Shown here: in pieces, positions 39,287 to 54,267 of the stretch
How the letters are laid out: each line of letters starts with the position of its first letter
Position numbering within the stretch: the stretch's first letter is position 1
Source: Eledone cirrhosa
Taxonomy: Eukaryota
Reading direction: 5' to 3'
Length of the DNA stretch: 64,000 nt
Assembly: GCA_964016885.1 (NCBI GenBank)
Contig: OZ024741.1
Span: 158,534,001 to 158,598,000 of the forward strand
Position numbers and translations under genes: made by a program
Notes under the pieces: generated by a model
What the model was told of the DNA's origin: nothing
The model's input: only the letters and a program-made list of their open reading frames with translations
The model's database searches: none

Positions 39287-40929
39287 TAATGTGTAAGTGA
39301 CTGAGTATTTCATAGATACGTGTACCCTTAACGTAATTTTTATGGAGATTAAGCATGACACTGTGAGTTACAGGTACAGTCTATCTGATGGACTTCCAAA
39401 CTGTTTCCATCTACTCAATATGGTACTCCCTGTTTGGGTTTTCAGAGGTTGGCAGGTCTTATGGTGGATTGGCAGTATCGGTAGAGTATAGGGGAGAGAA
39501 CTGTCGATTATATTGACTGTAGCGACTGGTAGTTATTTGATTGTTTGTTTTTTTTCTATTGAAGAATAAGAAGTAAAATTGATCCCTTCAAAATGTATGT
39601 ATATATGAACCCGTAACTACTGGTGTAGTCGTAAGGGCACCGTGCTGACATATAGTGTGTTTACGCACTTTAAACCTGGCGAAGCCCATCCCCTCTCCAG
39701 GTCTGAACACAGCCTATTTCTTCTAGAAAATTTGAGAGAGCGGAGAAAGAGATACAGAAGAAGAAACATCCCGTTACTGAGCTGGTACTTTTTTCTCAAC
39801 CTCGAAAGGATGAAAAGCAAAGTTGACCTCGGTAGGTTTCGAATTGAAAGAGCAGAGAGCCATTAGGAATTACGCAAAGTTTTCTATCCGATGTTCTAAC
39901 GACTCTATAAATTCGCTGCCTCCCAGTAAGATAAGAACGACATTAACTAAAATGAACTAAACTAAATGCTACAATAAATTTGACAACTCTGCTCTCCCTT
40001 GACTAATACATTAAACCTCTTCTATACGGGACAATATAGAAGCCAAATCTATCTCAAATAACACACTACAGGGACGGTGGAACTGAGGGGGGTCAGAGGC
40101 CCCCCCCCCCCCATAATTATATTTTTATACCCAAGCTACCAAAACACACTTCTATATGCATATATAGGAGATGAATAAAATGGGTATAATACCAGTTCCT
40201 TAACAAATGCGAAGAAGCTCGCTATATTAACCCCTTAGAAAAGGGCACAGAGCATAATTCTTTTTTTAATTATATATATACAGTGGCGGTGGAACTGGGT
40301 GGGGCATGCCCCCTCTAATAATTATATTGTTTCCCCAAACTACCAAAACACACATCTATTTGGATATGCGCTACAATTTATGTACATGTTATGTTTATCG
40401 CACATCGAAGATTTCTAACCACCTTAGAATGCAAAGAGCTAAACTAATCAGTATAATTAAATTGACCTCCCCACATTCAGAAATGCTTCCGTCCCCACCC
40501 CTGCACTACCATGATAATTGTTTCTACTTTTGGCACAAGGCCAGCCATTATTCCAGTGCATTACTGGTGCTTTATTTTATCGACCCCGTAAGGAAGAAAA
40601 GCAAAGTTAACCTCGGCGGGATTTGAACACCTACTATAAAGGACCATAATTCTTTGCTGCAAAGCATATGATAATGACGGAAGGACGCCTTGAATATCGT
40701 AGTCCTATGACTGAATAAAAATTAAAGATAGGATAGTCACAGTTGGCGTGTCTATGATCATAGGTCTGTTTGATTATGGCTGGTCTTTAGATAAACAAAG
40801 ACATGAACAATAATTTAAAGACATTAAATATAACTGAGACAGCAAATCGCCGAAGGATTTAATTTTGACATCTCAGTTCCCGCCGATTTAGTAAGACGGT
40901 TACCTACAATATACTTGTGTTAATGTAAT

Positions 40930-41170
40930 CCCCTCGCTCTCTGACAGGTTTGCCATCGAGCCCGTAGCAGTGGAGACTTTTGGTGTCCTTGGCCCTAGGA
41001 CCACCTCCCTACTCACCACCATCGGCACAGAGTTGGCTACCCGCAGGTGTGAGCTTTGCGAGCTGGAATGGCTCTTCCAGCATCCTCACCATCCTCCGGG
41101 GAAACGCCTTCTCTATTCTATCCGCCGGGGCGACTGGGTGGCCAGTGCGTGGGCTCCCATCTGTTTATAA
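40930..41170 (+). mobile_element. CRE-like RLE 3' fragment
   Basis: AVETFGVLGPRTTSLLTTIGTELATRRCE; close paralog of ~1015-1235. Confidence 0.8.
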
Positions 41171-42807
41171 TAGTGAGAGATGGGGAGAGCGGAAGAGATG
41201 AAGGCAGTGATAATAGGAGTTTGGTTTCACTGTGTTCGGACCTGGTGAATATGTATATATTTATTTACCACACCACTTGACAAATAGTTCTTACGTAGAA
41301 TTATGATGAGAAGTTTCAACAGTTGATCTTTGTACCTTAGTGAGAAATGGTAGAGTAAATATTTTATTTTTCAAAGTAAAACGTATCCTTGTTTTCAAAA
41401 TTCAAACTCCAAGTTGTCAAGTTTGTCATTCACTGTCACGCTGAATATCCTCGAAAATTACGTTAAGGATGCATGTGTCTATGGAATGCTAAGGTACTTA
41501 CACATTAATTCTATGAGAAGGCTGTTCTATCGATTGAACAGCTGGAACACTCTTTCTTCTGACAACTTTAGGGTAAAATATCAAGGAGACGAGCTATTGA
41601 AAAACACGTCTAGCGAACGGTGACCACACCTGTTCGTTGCCAACGAAAAGCTGGACATGTAACCTCAATGCATAGTTGCGCATCATCAGCCACTGCATGC
41701 CCAGACTTCCACGTTGTGGGTGTCTCTCTGACTATAGAGCAGATGTCGCTGTGCGATGCAGTGATCCAGCCTCTGAAGCCGGTTGCTTTGAGAACAGCCG
41801 TCAGGTACCGATGCTCGTGTCATAATGATAATTGTTTCTAAACTTGACACAAGGTCAGCAATTTAAAGAGAAGGGGAAAGTCGATCATATTGACTTCAGT
41901 ACTTGACTGGTACTTATTTTAACGACATTGAAAGGATGAAAAGCAAAGTTGATCTTGATGGATTTGAACAAATGGGTTCTAATTTAGACACAAAGCCAGC
42001 AATTTTAAGAGGGAGGGGAAGTCGCCTATAATAATTCTTTCTATGACTGGCACAAGGCCAGCAATTTGGTGTAAGGGGAATGTTGATTATATTGACCCAA
42101 TACTTAACTGATATTTCATTTTATCTATCCCGGAAGGAAGAAAGGCAAAGTTGACATCGGTGGGATTTAAAATAATAATAATAATTGTTTCTACATTTGG
42201 CACAAGACCAGCAGAATTCTTTTGATTTGAGCCAACACCATATTTTTTAAGGGTATAGAAAGGAGATGTTATGGCGCCCTGGGAAGTGCTAGATTCAATA
42301 AAGGATTGCAAACACAGCAGAGTCTCAGCTTGCTTTGGAGACTTGCGTCTTGCTGTGTGCTAACCACCACCGCCAACACAGTTATCATCACTATCATGCA
42401 AATTTTTATTATCTTCAATACTTTATGCATGCATGGCGGGAATGCATTTCGGGTTTATCAATTCAAACACACACACATACACACACATACACATGCACAT
42501 ACAGGCAGACACACACATAACTCCTACACAGTCATGCACGTGACTCATCCATTCAGAGAAATACATATACATGCTAACTAATATCACCTCCTCCCACATA
42601 CATACACACGAGCCGACGTCTAAGATTCCGACATGCAACACAAAAACAGACACACATACACACATATACACACACATCAGATTATGCATAAAGACACCAT
42701 ACACAGACACACAAAGGTACAGCACTCGCCAAAGAGAGACACCTACACACAACACAACACATGCAGATAGATACATCACATATACGCATATATATATATA
42801 TATATAC

Positions 42808-43060
42808 GATATTAAACAAATGGAAACTATATTTATAAAACCATATTTATTTCGTTATATATATTTCTGGGATATCATATTAAAAATATGGTATGCCTTC
42901 CTCAGACAAAATACAATACATAAGCTGTTTTATAAATAATTGTGACATACCTTATAATAATGCAACTTCCATTTAAAAAGTTGCCAGAAACTGTTGAGTG
43001 CTTTTATATCAGTTATAAAATATTTACTCGTTGTAACCCAACAATTTTAAATAAAACTTT
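42808..43060. mobile_element. Single-arm hammerhead element related to D
   Basis: Left end matches 31663-31722; tail with gttGAGTGCTT at ~42996 resembles the tail of D. Confidence 0.7.
42850..42911 (-). ncRNA. Hammerhead ribozyme (CTGAGGA core)
   Basis: ttttgt-CTGAGGA-aggcataccatatttttaatatgatatccca-GAAA-tatataTA-acgaaa. Confidence 0.7.
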
Positions 43061-43809
43061 TACACATGAAGGCGAACTAGCCAGTTTTAGAATTCCCTTT
43101 TTCGGATTATACTACTGTGAGAGCCCTGGTTTCTGTTGAGCTCTGCTGATGAATGAAATCCAACCGTGACCATCTCCACTGAAAGTTTTCATGAAATAGT
43201 CTTTTAAGACTATACAGAGCATTTGATGTTATTCCAAATTGAAGGATAAGTGTTTCAAACTTTATTTTATCATGAGTTAAAGGTCTATAGATTTTTCCCT
43301 GGATTTTACTAAATTCTGTGGATGAATTTATATCCTGATTCTCTTTTGAGATGAGTTTGAGTTATTTTTCCTAAATCTTTCGTTAACTACTTTTCCCATC
43401 TTGACGTTATAGTCGCATATATGTTATAGAATGCCGTTAGCTTCTTGCTAAAACAATCTCTATACCTCTCATTTATATATATATAGACGGCGTATATATG
43501 TGTTGGTATGTATATTTAATCTTGATAATTTGTATAATTTTGTATAATTTTGTACATAGATCTGTTGAATATGCATACCAATTCTAACACATATATATCC
43601 TAGAAACGATCGTTAAATAATGAACTTTTTTTGTTTAATATAAGGAATTGTTTATTCATTATTTGTTTAATATTTTATCTTGACTCTGTATACCGTTTAT
43701 CTTTCACCGAAAGTGATTTTTCATTACATCTCTTCTTTCCATGATATCCGGAATACATTGAGTTCTTCATACGGATTGGACACTACCGTAAACTCTTGGT
43801 AGATTTATC

Positions 43810-43849
<40 letters not shown>

Positions 43850-45117
43850 ATCACACACGCATAAACACACAACACACCTACATACACAACACACAAACAT
43901 ACACAACTCATATAGACATGTAAGATTGAAGCATCGTCACCACCATCACTAACCTACCACCACCATCACTACCACTATCTCCATCGCTACTACTACCGCA
44001 CTAAACCAACCAGCCACCGCCACCACTACTACTACACCAACCACAACCACCACTTCTGCTACACCAACCTCAACCACCACCACTACTATTACCACACCAA
44101 ACCAACCAGCCACCACCACAACCACCACGACTACCACACCAACCACCACCGCTACAACCCCACACCAACCAGCACCACCACCACCACTACTACTACCACA
44201 ACAAACTAATCACCACCATCACCACCATCACAACCACCACCACCATCATCACGGCCATCACCACCACCATCACCACCACCACCACCATTGATGTTTTAAA
44301 CTGGCCACTAGTAGCGTTAGCCACTAAAAGCAACATAGAGTTCACAGCCTTGCCGAAGAATGACACCAATCTCCAAGTAGAGAAGGCATGTGTGTATATA
44401 TGTTTGTGTGTGTATGTGTGTATGTATATATACTTAAAAAAGGGCATGTGTGTATGTATGTATGCTTAAAAAAAGGCAGGTGTGTATGTTTGTGTGTATG
44501 TGTGTATGAATATATGTTTTAAAATACCATTGTCAAATTATTGTCATTAATACTACATTTATATATATATGTTTACTATTATCATTATTATATTACGGGG
44601 TCGATAAAATAAAGTACCAGTAATGTACTAGGATAATAGCTGGCCTTGTGCCAAAAGTAGAAACAATTATTATATTGGTTGCTGGCCTTGTGCCTATATA
44701 AGAAACCATTATTATATTTGTTGTTGTTCTTGATGTTGTATCTAAAACAACAATAACAACAATAATAGCAATAACAACAGTAGCAACGCAACAACTGTAA
44801 TGAAAGATATAATTTTACCAACAATTAGGGAACATTGACTTGCAAGAAATAGCAGCCAAAACCTCCCTGTAATCATACCCGCTACTGTTATAAAAACATG
44901 ATCATACGACGTGACACTAGTGTTTGCAATAAAAAAAAAAAAGAAGAAAGAAGTCGGAGTAGCCACCGCTACGGCTGGAATATCTTTTGATAATAAGTCT
45001 ATTTGATCAGAGCTGACCTGGGATTAAATAACAATAATAGCAATAAAGAAAATAAAGACGGAAAGGAGATGTTTGAGTAGGAGTGAGAACTACATGCACA
45101 AACACACGTATCCCCCC

Positions 45118-45200
<83 letters not shown>

Positions 45201-45206
<6 letters not shown>

Positions 45207-46871
45207 GTTATCTCCCTTGCTGAATTCCATGTGCGTTTCTTCAGCCTGGGTTATGCCTTTTCATTCGTTCGGACAAAGGCTCGTTGGGAAGTAAACTCCC
45301 GTCCGCTGGCTTCTAGAAGTCTTATATATTTTTATGTGAGCTGATAGAGGGCAGTTTAAGGATTTACAGAAACCCAAGAAGCTAGATTTACCATCTTTCT
45401 AGCGGGTCCGGGTATGCTTTTTACATTCATTTGATTTATTGATTTATTGATATTTTTTCTGAGTGTCCCGAATCTTCCAGATCGCAATTTTTCGGTCGTA
45501 CGGTTGATTATAGACTTGTTCTATGTGTGACGGTATTTTAACGATAGTTATAGTTCTGATTTATCTGAATTATTGAGCCCTCTGCCGCTCATTTCGAATT
45601 TTGTTTATCGTGAACTCGTGCGCCGATTTTTCGATACTCGATTATTCTACTATATTTAGCTCTAGACCTAGCTATTGACCAGTTAATTTTATTGTTCATT
45701 TTTTGTCGATTCTATTAAATGATGAATAGCTCCTGTTTATTTTAACATGTCTATTGAGCACTCTTATTCGATATGTGTATTTCCACATTTTCCCGAATAT
45801 TTTTTGCGGATATAGAGGTTATCTCCCTTGCTGAATTCCATGTGCGTTTCTCCAGCCTGGGTTATGCCTTTTCATTCGTTCGGACAAAGGTTCGTTGAGG
45901 AAGTAAATTCCCGTCCGCTGGCTTCTAGAAATCTTATATATTTTTATGTGAGCTGATAGAGGGCAGTTTAAGGATTTACAGAAACCCAAGAAACTAGATT
46001 TACCATCTTTCTAGCGGGTCCGGGTATGCTTTTTACATTCATTTGATTTATTGATTTATTGATATTTTTTCTGAGTGTCCCGAATCTTCCAGATCGCAAT
46101 TTTTCGGTTGTACGGTTGATTATAGACTTGTTCTATGTGTGACGGTATTTTAACGATAGTTATAGCTCTGATTTATCTGAATTATTGAGCCCTCTGCCGC
46201 TCATTTCGAATTTTGTTTATCGTGAACTCGTGCGCCGATTTTTCGATACTCGATTATTCTACTATATTTAGCTCTAGACCTAGCTATTGACCAGTTAATT
46301 TTATTGTTCATTTTTTGTCGATTCTATTAAATGATGAATAGCTCCTGTTTATTTTAACATGTCTATTGAGCACTCTTATTCGATATGTGTATTTCCACAT
46401 TTTCCCGAATATTTTTTGCGGATATAGAGGTTATCTCCCTTGCTGAATTCCATGTGCGTTTCTTCAGCCTGGGTTATGCCTTTTCATTCGTTCGGACAAA
46501 GGCTCGTTGAGGAAGTAAATTCCCGTCCGCTGGCTTCTAGAAGTCTTATATATTTTTATGTGAGCTGATAGAGGGCAGTTTAAGGATTTACAGAAACCCA
46601 AGAAGCTAGATTTACCATCTTTCTAGCGGGTCCGGGTATGCCTTTTACATTCATTTGATTTATTGATTTATTGATATTTTTTCTGAGTGTCCCGAATCTT
46701 CCAGATCGCAATTTTTCGGTCGTACGGTTGATTATAGACTTGTTCTATGTGTGACGGTATTTTAACGATAGTTATAGCTCTGATTTATCTAAATTATTGA
46801 GCCCTCTGCTGCTCATTTCAAATTTTGTTTATCGTGAACTCGTGCGCCGATTTTTCGATACTCGATTATTC

Positions 46872-46876
<5 letters not shown>
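45201..46876. repeat. Young tandem array, ~611-bp unit x ~2.75, embedded in (TA)n
   Basis: atagaggttatctcccttgctg at 45201, 45812 and 46424; very few differences between copies. Confidence 0.92.
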
Positions 46877-46926
<50 letters not shown>

Positions 46927-47415
46927 CCTGCTAAAACAATAAATATAACAGCCACCACAGGACTCCACCATCACCACACACAAACACACACACACACATA
47001 TGCATATGCACACATACATATGTAAGCGATTCTGATAGAATAATAACAACAACAACTGTCACAACACAACACAACACACAACAGAATATAATAATGTTAA
47101 TAGTAAACATATATATATAAATGTAGTATATACATACATACAATCCGGCTAGACTAAGAACAACAGCCACACTACAATTCCCCCTCCCCCCCACGTACAC
47201 ACAGCCACACCAATGCATCCTACTGTCGCTAAACTAATTGATTCTGTATGAAGTTACTGTAGTTATATCGTAGTACAGAAAGCTTTCGTTAAGTTTGGAG
47301 TTGGACTTTCGTGTGGAGATGCTGGGATAAAAACAAAATACACGATGATGACTTTTCGGTGAAATTCTACTTAAATACATATTAACATACATACATACAT
47401 ACATACATACATACA

Positions 47416-47447
<32 letters not shown>

Positions 47448-48011
47448 CACATATATATTTAGATACATACATACATACATATGTACATATTTACATACAT
47501 ATAAATATATATTTACATACATACATATTTACATACACACACATACTTACATACGTAATACATATTTATAATCATACATACATATTTACATACATATATA
47601 ATACATATTTACATACTAATTGATTCTGTATGAAGTTACTGTAGCTATATCGTAGTACAGAAAACTTTCGTTAAGTTTGGAGATGGACTTTCGTGTGGAG
47701 ATGCTGGGATAAAAAAAAAATTACACACATAGACACATAGTTATATACATAATACATATTTATATACATACATATTTACATACATACATACACACATACA
47801 TACATAATACATATTTACATACATATATACATACATATTTACATACACACATACATACATATTTCCATACATATATTTTTACATACATACATGCACACAT
47901 ATTTCCATACATACATACATACATACATTTTTACATACATACATACTTACAAACATACATACTTACAAACATACATATTTCCATACATTCATATTTCCAT
48001 AGATACATACA

Positions 48012-48042
<31 letters not shown>

Positions 48043-48635
48043 TTCCATACATACATACATATAAAAGTGTTGGACGACTGTCGACTCAGACGACGAGTGT
48101 TTCTAGTTTAAACAACAGAACGTTCTGCTCGTGAAATTAATGTGCATCTAGCTGAGCATTTCACAGACACGTGTACCTTTAACGTAGTTCTCAGGGAGAT
48201 TCAGCGTGACAGTGTATGACAAGGCCGGTTCTTTAAATTACAGGCACAACTCATTTTTGCCAGCTGTATAGACAGAAGCGACGTAAAATTAAGTGTTTTG
48301 CCCAGGCCGGGAATCGAATTTATGATCGTGAGTCCAGCACTTTAACCAATCAGCTACGCGCCTTCAAAACATACATACATACATAAATACATAACACACT
48401 TCGCTTAAAAACACATGCACCCCCTCTCCTCCCACACATAATAATACACTGACAAACACATATACACACACACATATATATATATATGAACACACTTGTA
48501 TGGATCAGAGGTCGTGGAGGTGATTCAATTGAGTCTCTTCTCCTTTCCCTCTAATCGCTGTTCTTATGCTTAAATTTAAAAACCAATTATACATTATGTT
48601 ACCGTAAAATACATCGATAGGTTTATAAACATTTC

Positions 48636-48691
<56 letters not shown>

Positions 48692-49124
48692 GGGTATATA
48701 CACAACACTAAAAAAAGATATAATACTACTTATCACACACATATATATATATATGCGTGTCTACATATCCCAACACATGTATCAAACAGATTACTACATC
48801 TTTCCCACAACACATTATTAGCAGCATTAGACTATCCCGAAAACAACAGCCCAACACCCTACAGAAGTCAACCCCTATTCCCACCCCTTTAAAAAAAAAT
48901 AACAAAAAGAAAACAACATCAAAATACAAACTGTATACCACATCCTAGCAGCCCCTTTCACGGTACCGATACTGTACAAAAACATCCCCTAAAACAAAAA
49001 CACCTCCTTCCCCGTAAAAAAGAAAGAAAGAAGCCCGATTCCCCAAGCTATTACCCCCCCTCTTCATTGCCGTTCTCTTCTTTCTTTCGTTCGCTCTCTC
49101 TCTTTTCAAACGAACTTGGCAAGA

Positions 49125-49342
49125 ATGGTTGTACAGAAAGATTATTCTAGCAGGACTCTACTACAAAACAATTCACCTTTAGTTACTCTTGTTACAATTT
49201 TGACGGCGTTGACGTCCCTACCGACGTTAGTTTTGACGTTTAACGTCAACACAAAAAATGCTTTTATAGTTTCAGGGCACAGTGGATCTTATTTCGGATA
49301 TTCTCTGGCTTTATACCAACACGAAGACAAACATAATTCCAT
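49125..49342 (+). CDS. ITGA: Integrin alpha subunit, coding exon 1 (signal peptide plus start of first beta-propeller repeat)
   Basis: ATG at 49125; hydrophobic LVTLVTILTALTSLPTLVLT followed by FNVNTKNAFIVSGHSGSYFGYSLAL (FNxD...GSYFGYS signature); GTGAGT donor at 49343, phase 2; subfamily unassigned. Confidence 0.85.
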
Positions 49343-49404
49343 GTGAGTACTACATACTTCCTTTCTTTCTTTCTTTCTTTCTCTCTGTATCTCTTTGTTT
49401 ATCT

Positions 49405-49477
<73 letters not shown>

Positions 49478-49724
49478 TTAACTTTCTTCCTTTCGTTCTA
49501 TTTATTACTCTGTTGTTGTTCTTCGTTCTTCTTTCTTTCTAATTTCTTGTCATTTAATCATTTAAAAAAATAATTTTAATAATTTATTTCTATAATTATT
49601 GATATTTCGTGTACGTGGTGGTGGAGAGGGACTGTCGTGTTCAGTAGGGCAGGGGGTTGTCTTTTTTGTGTAATGTGCCTTTAGTCATTTCCCCTCGTCT
49701 CTCTCTCTGTACACACATACATAC

Positions 49725-49774
<50 letters not shown>

Positions 49775-50429
49775 CCATGCACCCATCAATCTAATTGCTA
49801 ATCTCTCAATGTACCTGTTTTGTGTGCCTGTTACAACTGTTGTTATGGTAGGGTTTGACAGAATCGTTTGCATGCCGGGGGAAATTCTTTGCGATATTTG
49901 TTCCAGCTTTTTACGTTCTGATTTCAAATCCCACCGAAGTCAACTTTTGCGATTTATCGATCTGTGGCCAATATAATTAAATATGCATTCGCCAATAAAT
50001 TCTTGTAAAATCTTCCCATGCCAGATGTAAAATGTATCCCCTCTAAAGCTGGTAATAGACCCAGGCCAGATGTAAAATGTAGGCTATGTTAAGTATTTTA
50101 GTCATCAGTGCTAAATACACACTGGACAAGATTGCTCTGGACAGGAAAAAGTAGAAGGGTTTTTTTGTATACGAAATAGGCAAGGATCTATCCGGGATTC
50201 TGTAATTCAGAAGAGTGATGATCTAAATACATATGATTTACAAGTACCATTAACAGGAACTTCGACGCGCACGGTTTTCTGTCTGAACATAAGTAGCCTG
50301 CCGGCTTTGGTCTCCATTCTGGCAGAGTAACCATTTCCTCATTTGAAGAGTATAGGTCATTCATCTCATGTTGCGACACTTTTTCTGGTGCCAACCTCAT
50401 CGCTTTAACCCCAAACACCAGGCACTGAC

Positions 50430-50610
50430 GAACGGATTATGTTTTGTGCCGGTGGCCTAGGTCTTTTGATTGTCGTTTTCTCTGCCAATTCGAGAGGAAG
50501 GGCATCTCGCCCGGGGAAGACGTCCTGTGAGGTGGAATGGCTGACGCAGCGGGTATCGCTGGCTGTTCTGCATGGCAACGCTTTCGCTATTTTGTCCGCG
50601 TGGAGCAGCT
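50430..50610 (+). mobile_element. Decayed CRE-like RLE 3' fragment
   Basis: EVEWLTQRVSLAVLHGNAFAILSA. Confidence 0.65.
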
Positions 50611-50774
50611 GAGATATAGTTTTCTCCTCCCTATTCCCCTCTTGTCTTATTTTTTGTCTATTAATTGTGTTACTGAAGTATAACAAAGACTTGTAATATA
50701 TATACTTATACATGTAGTGTACATGTATATATGCATATACATGTACATACAGTATGCATCTATGTATACATGTA

Positions 50775-50828
<54 letters not shown>

Positions 50829-50935
50829 ACATGTAGTGTATATGTACACGTACATGTAGTTTATATGATGTATACCAAAAGAAAATAAGAACTAGCACTT
50901 GCGATGTATAGGCCCACACCAACTGGCACAACTGG

Positions 50936-51127
50936 CAGGGCTGGATTAAACATTAAGCAAAATAAGTACATATTTAGGGCATAAGAGGAGAGGGGTACCA
51001 TTTTATTCAAATTATCTGTTTTTATCATTAAAAAAATTCTCAGGCTTTATTATGCAGCGGTGGGGGTGGGGGGGGGATCATAATCCTTTAAGTACTTAGG
51101 GTTTCAAAATGACCTAATCTGGCCCTG
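50936..51127. mobile_element. hAT-type MITE
   Basis: TIRs cagggctggatta / taatctggccctg; TSD acaactgg / ccaactgg. Confidence 0.75.
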
Positions 51128-51334
51128 CCAACTGGTCCCTATATCTATTCTGAGCTGTTCGTCAAATAAAATACAAATTTTGATTTAAAGAGGCTATGGC
51201 CCTTTAGCTCCACATGTGACCTTGTTTGTACTAATGTTATTGATTAAATTACAAACCATTCATGAATAACAAAAGGTCTCCTATATTTCCGGTTTCACAT
51301 TCAACCAAAAAGAAACAATCTAAAATGCAATAAG

Positions 51335-51647
<313 letters not shown>

Positions 51648-52295
51648 GTAGACAAATTAAAATATTATTTCTACATACATGACTGTTACTTCATATGAAA
51701 CTCGTAATCTGGCAAAGTGAAAGGAGAGTTTCATTTTCCACGTGTGCGTGTGTGTGTGAGAGAGTATGAAGGGGTGTGTGTATATGTGTAAATGTTAAAG
51801 TGCGTGGCTTATTGTCAAGTGTTTCCCTGCAACCGTAAGGTTGTGAGTTCGATTCTCAGCAGTACTTTGTGTTCTTGAGCAAGCCACCGTATTTCACGTT
51901 GCTTCAATCCGTCTGGAAAAAAAAATCTGTTGTACCTATAAATACAAAGAGCCTGCCTAGTCATGCTCTGTGTCACGTTAAACCTTCTTGAGATCTACGT
52001 TAAGGGTACACGTGTCTATGGAATACTCAGTCACTTACATATTAAGATTGCACATGCATGTGTAATGCTCAGCTACATGCACGTTAATTTCAAAAGCTGG
52101 CTGTTCCGTGATTCGAACAACTGGAAGACCTCCTCATCGAAACCGACGCAGGTTCAATATATGTGTATATGCATGCGTCATCGATTATGTGTATTTATCT
52201 TATATTGATAATGTGTTGTTTGTGTCGTCTTTAGATAATGGAACACGGAATTGCGTATGTAGGGAATCCACATGGTATTAACAAAGACTCTACGT

Positions 52296-52478
52296 CAGGC
52301 ATGTCAAACATGCGGCCCGCGGGCTGCCTGCAGCGCTTTACAGGTTTTTACAGCGCGAGCGTAATATAAAATAAAAAAATATTAGTTGTAATATGCGCAA
52401 TTAGTTGTCATGTGTGGCTCTCAAACAATACAATGTGACACATGTGGCCCTCGGGCGACCCTCAGTTTGACATGCCTG
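52296..52478. mobile_element. hAT/Charlie-type MITE
   Basis: TIRs caggcatgtcaaac / gtttgacatgcctg; perfect 8-bp TSD ctctacgt. Confidence 0.92.
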
Positions 52479-52797
52479 CTCTACGTAGTCGTTTGAGCGT
52501 CTAGAAATAACAGCCGATTTCTTAAAATTTATGAAAATAAGAATTTGATAATGTGATCATTGGTGCACTGTAATTGAGGAAAAAGACAGGTGGTTACGAC
52601 TAGAATATCTTTGATCTCAGGTCTGCTAGATCCGCGTTGACTTGGGGCTAAAGAATAATATATAGATACTATTTTTAGTAAATCAAAGTATAAAAGTGTA
52701 TATATGTATGTAATTCGGGGACCAAGGATTTCAAGAGTCTCGAAGGCACCGGCACGAAAAGGAAGCGGTCAGTGAAGTTTTGGTATCCAGGTAAATA

Positions 52798-52971
52798 CAG
52801 TGACATTCCGTTGTAACGAAATTCACGGGGTATATAAAAAATTCGTTGTAACGAAAAATTCTTTATAACGAGATCGACCGAAATAAATCGAGCGTTTGTT
52901 TGTTTATTACCTCGGGGATTGAAAAGAAAATTCGTTATACTAAAAGATTCGTTATAACGGAATTTTACCTG
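52798..52971. mobile_element. pogo/Tigger-type MITE
   Basis: TA TSD; TIRs cag..attccgttgtaacgaa / ttcgttataacggaat..ctg. Confidence 0.7.
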
Positions 52972-53764
52972 TATATACTTTGAATATATATATGCGAATT
53001 GCCGCCAATCTTGACGACTCGCTAAGTAATACATACAAACATTGTAAATTATGAGGAAGAATAGAAATAATCCAACTTCGTTCCTGGATTCTCCTCAACA
53101 TCTTCTCGATCTAATCTTATTCTCATTTAAAAAATCATTTACTAATCATCTATTAGTGCTGTCTCCCAGGAATATGCGTACGCGCGCGCGCACGCGCACA
53201 CGCACACATAGACGCACGCTCAACTATTTAGGATATATAAATATGTTAAGTCTACTTTCACCTTTAAAATGTCATTAACTTATCTAATCGACGTCAAATT
53301 CCCACCGACTTCTATCTAGGATCCTCTTTAGTTCTGCACATTACATTAATACCGTGGAGCTGTGCAGCCGTGACCATCCTGTCATTTTAAGGCTATTTAT
53401 GACTATATTATCCAATATGATATATATTTTCTTATTAACGTGATATGATGTGATTTGAGGAAATTTTCATTGCTATTTCTAGCAAGTGAGCGACTGTGTT
53501 AACGTTGGCTCGTATATATGTGTTTTATGTGTTTACGTCTGGATGTACGTGTGTGTGTATATATGTATGTACATATGTATGTATGTATGCATGCGTGTAT
53601 GTATGTATGTATGTACGTACGTACGTATGTATGTACGTACGTACGTATGTATGTATGTATGTATGTATGTATGTATGTATGTATGTATGTATGTATGTAC
53701 GTATGTACGTACGTACGTACGTACGTACGTACGTACGTACGTATGTATGTATGTATGTATGTAT

Positions 53765-54115
53765 GCTCGTTTTCCTCTTAATTTTGAGTTTATTTTTGAC
53801 CGGCCACCTTCCAGGTGCCAAAGTTGTAAAGAAAAGGAAATTGTGTGTAAGTGTTGATCCTTTGAATTGTAGATTGTTTTACAAATATTGAAGGTTCTAG
53901 ATATCGTGGCCATTTATAACTTATGAATTAAGGAGCTACTTTCTCCCTCCACAAATCCAAGGTCAGTTATACCAACTCGTCTGGACCAAAGTTCAGTTAT
54001 ACTTTATTGCAAGCGGGTTGGTATATAACCTGTAGCGCCAATAATAATGGGTAGGAAGCTGATACCGGATCTGCAAATTCCTAATCTAAGGTCCGTTGAC
54101 ATTCTCCTTCTTTTG
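53765..54115 (-). mobile_element. R4/Dong-like RLE 3' fragment abutting (CATA)n
   Basis: Homologous to 19401-19735. Confidence 0.75.
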
Positions 54116-54267
54116 ATTTGATTTTTGTCTTCCGTAATGCATTTCAGATCGATCTTTCACAATGGGCAATAATGGAACTAACATCCCCAACCCTTGTTTT
54201 GTATAGCCCACATTTATTGTCAACTGATGGCCTTCCTCTTTTGTGCATATACCTATATAGATATATA

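Noticed and set aside
43145-43165. CTGATGA..GAAA hit
   Set aside because: No room for stem II and no stem I; chance match
45225-45385. CTGAAGA (minus) and CTGATAGA..GAAA (plus) in the 611-bp unit as hammerheads
   Set aside because: No pairing stem I or UH site, and the minus core is mutated in copy 2
51795-51870. tRNA gene
   Set aside because: Degenerate tRNA-like head of SINE family A continuing into the SINE body; no intact cloverleaf
52225-52262. Candidate integrin exon 2 after tctttag
   Set aside because: No LLVGAP/FG-GAP similarity in the required frame
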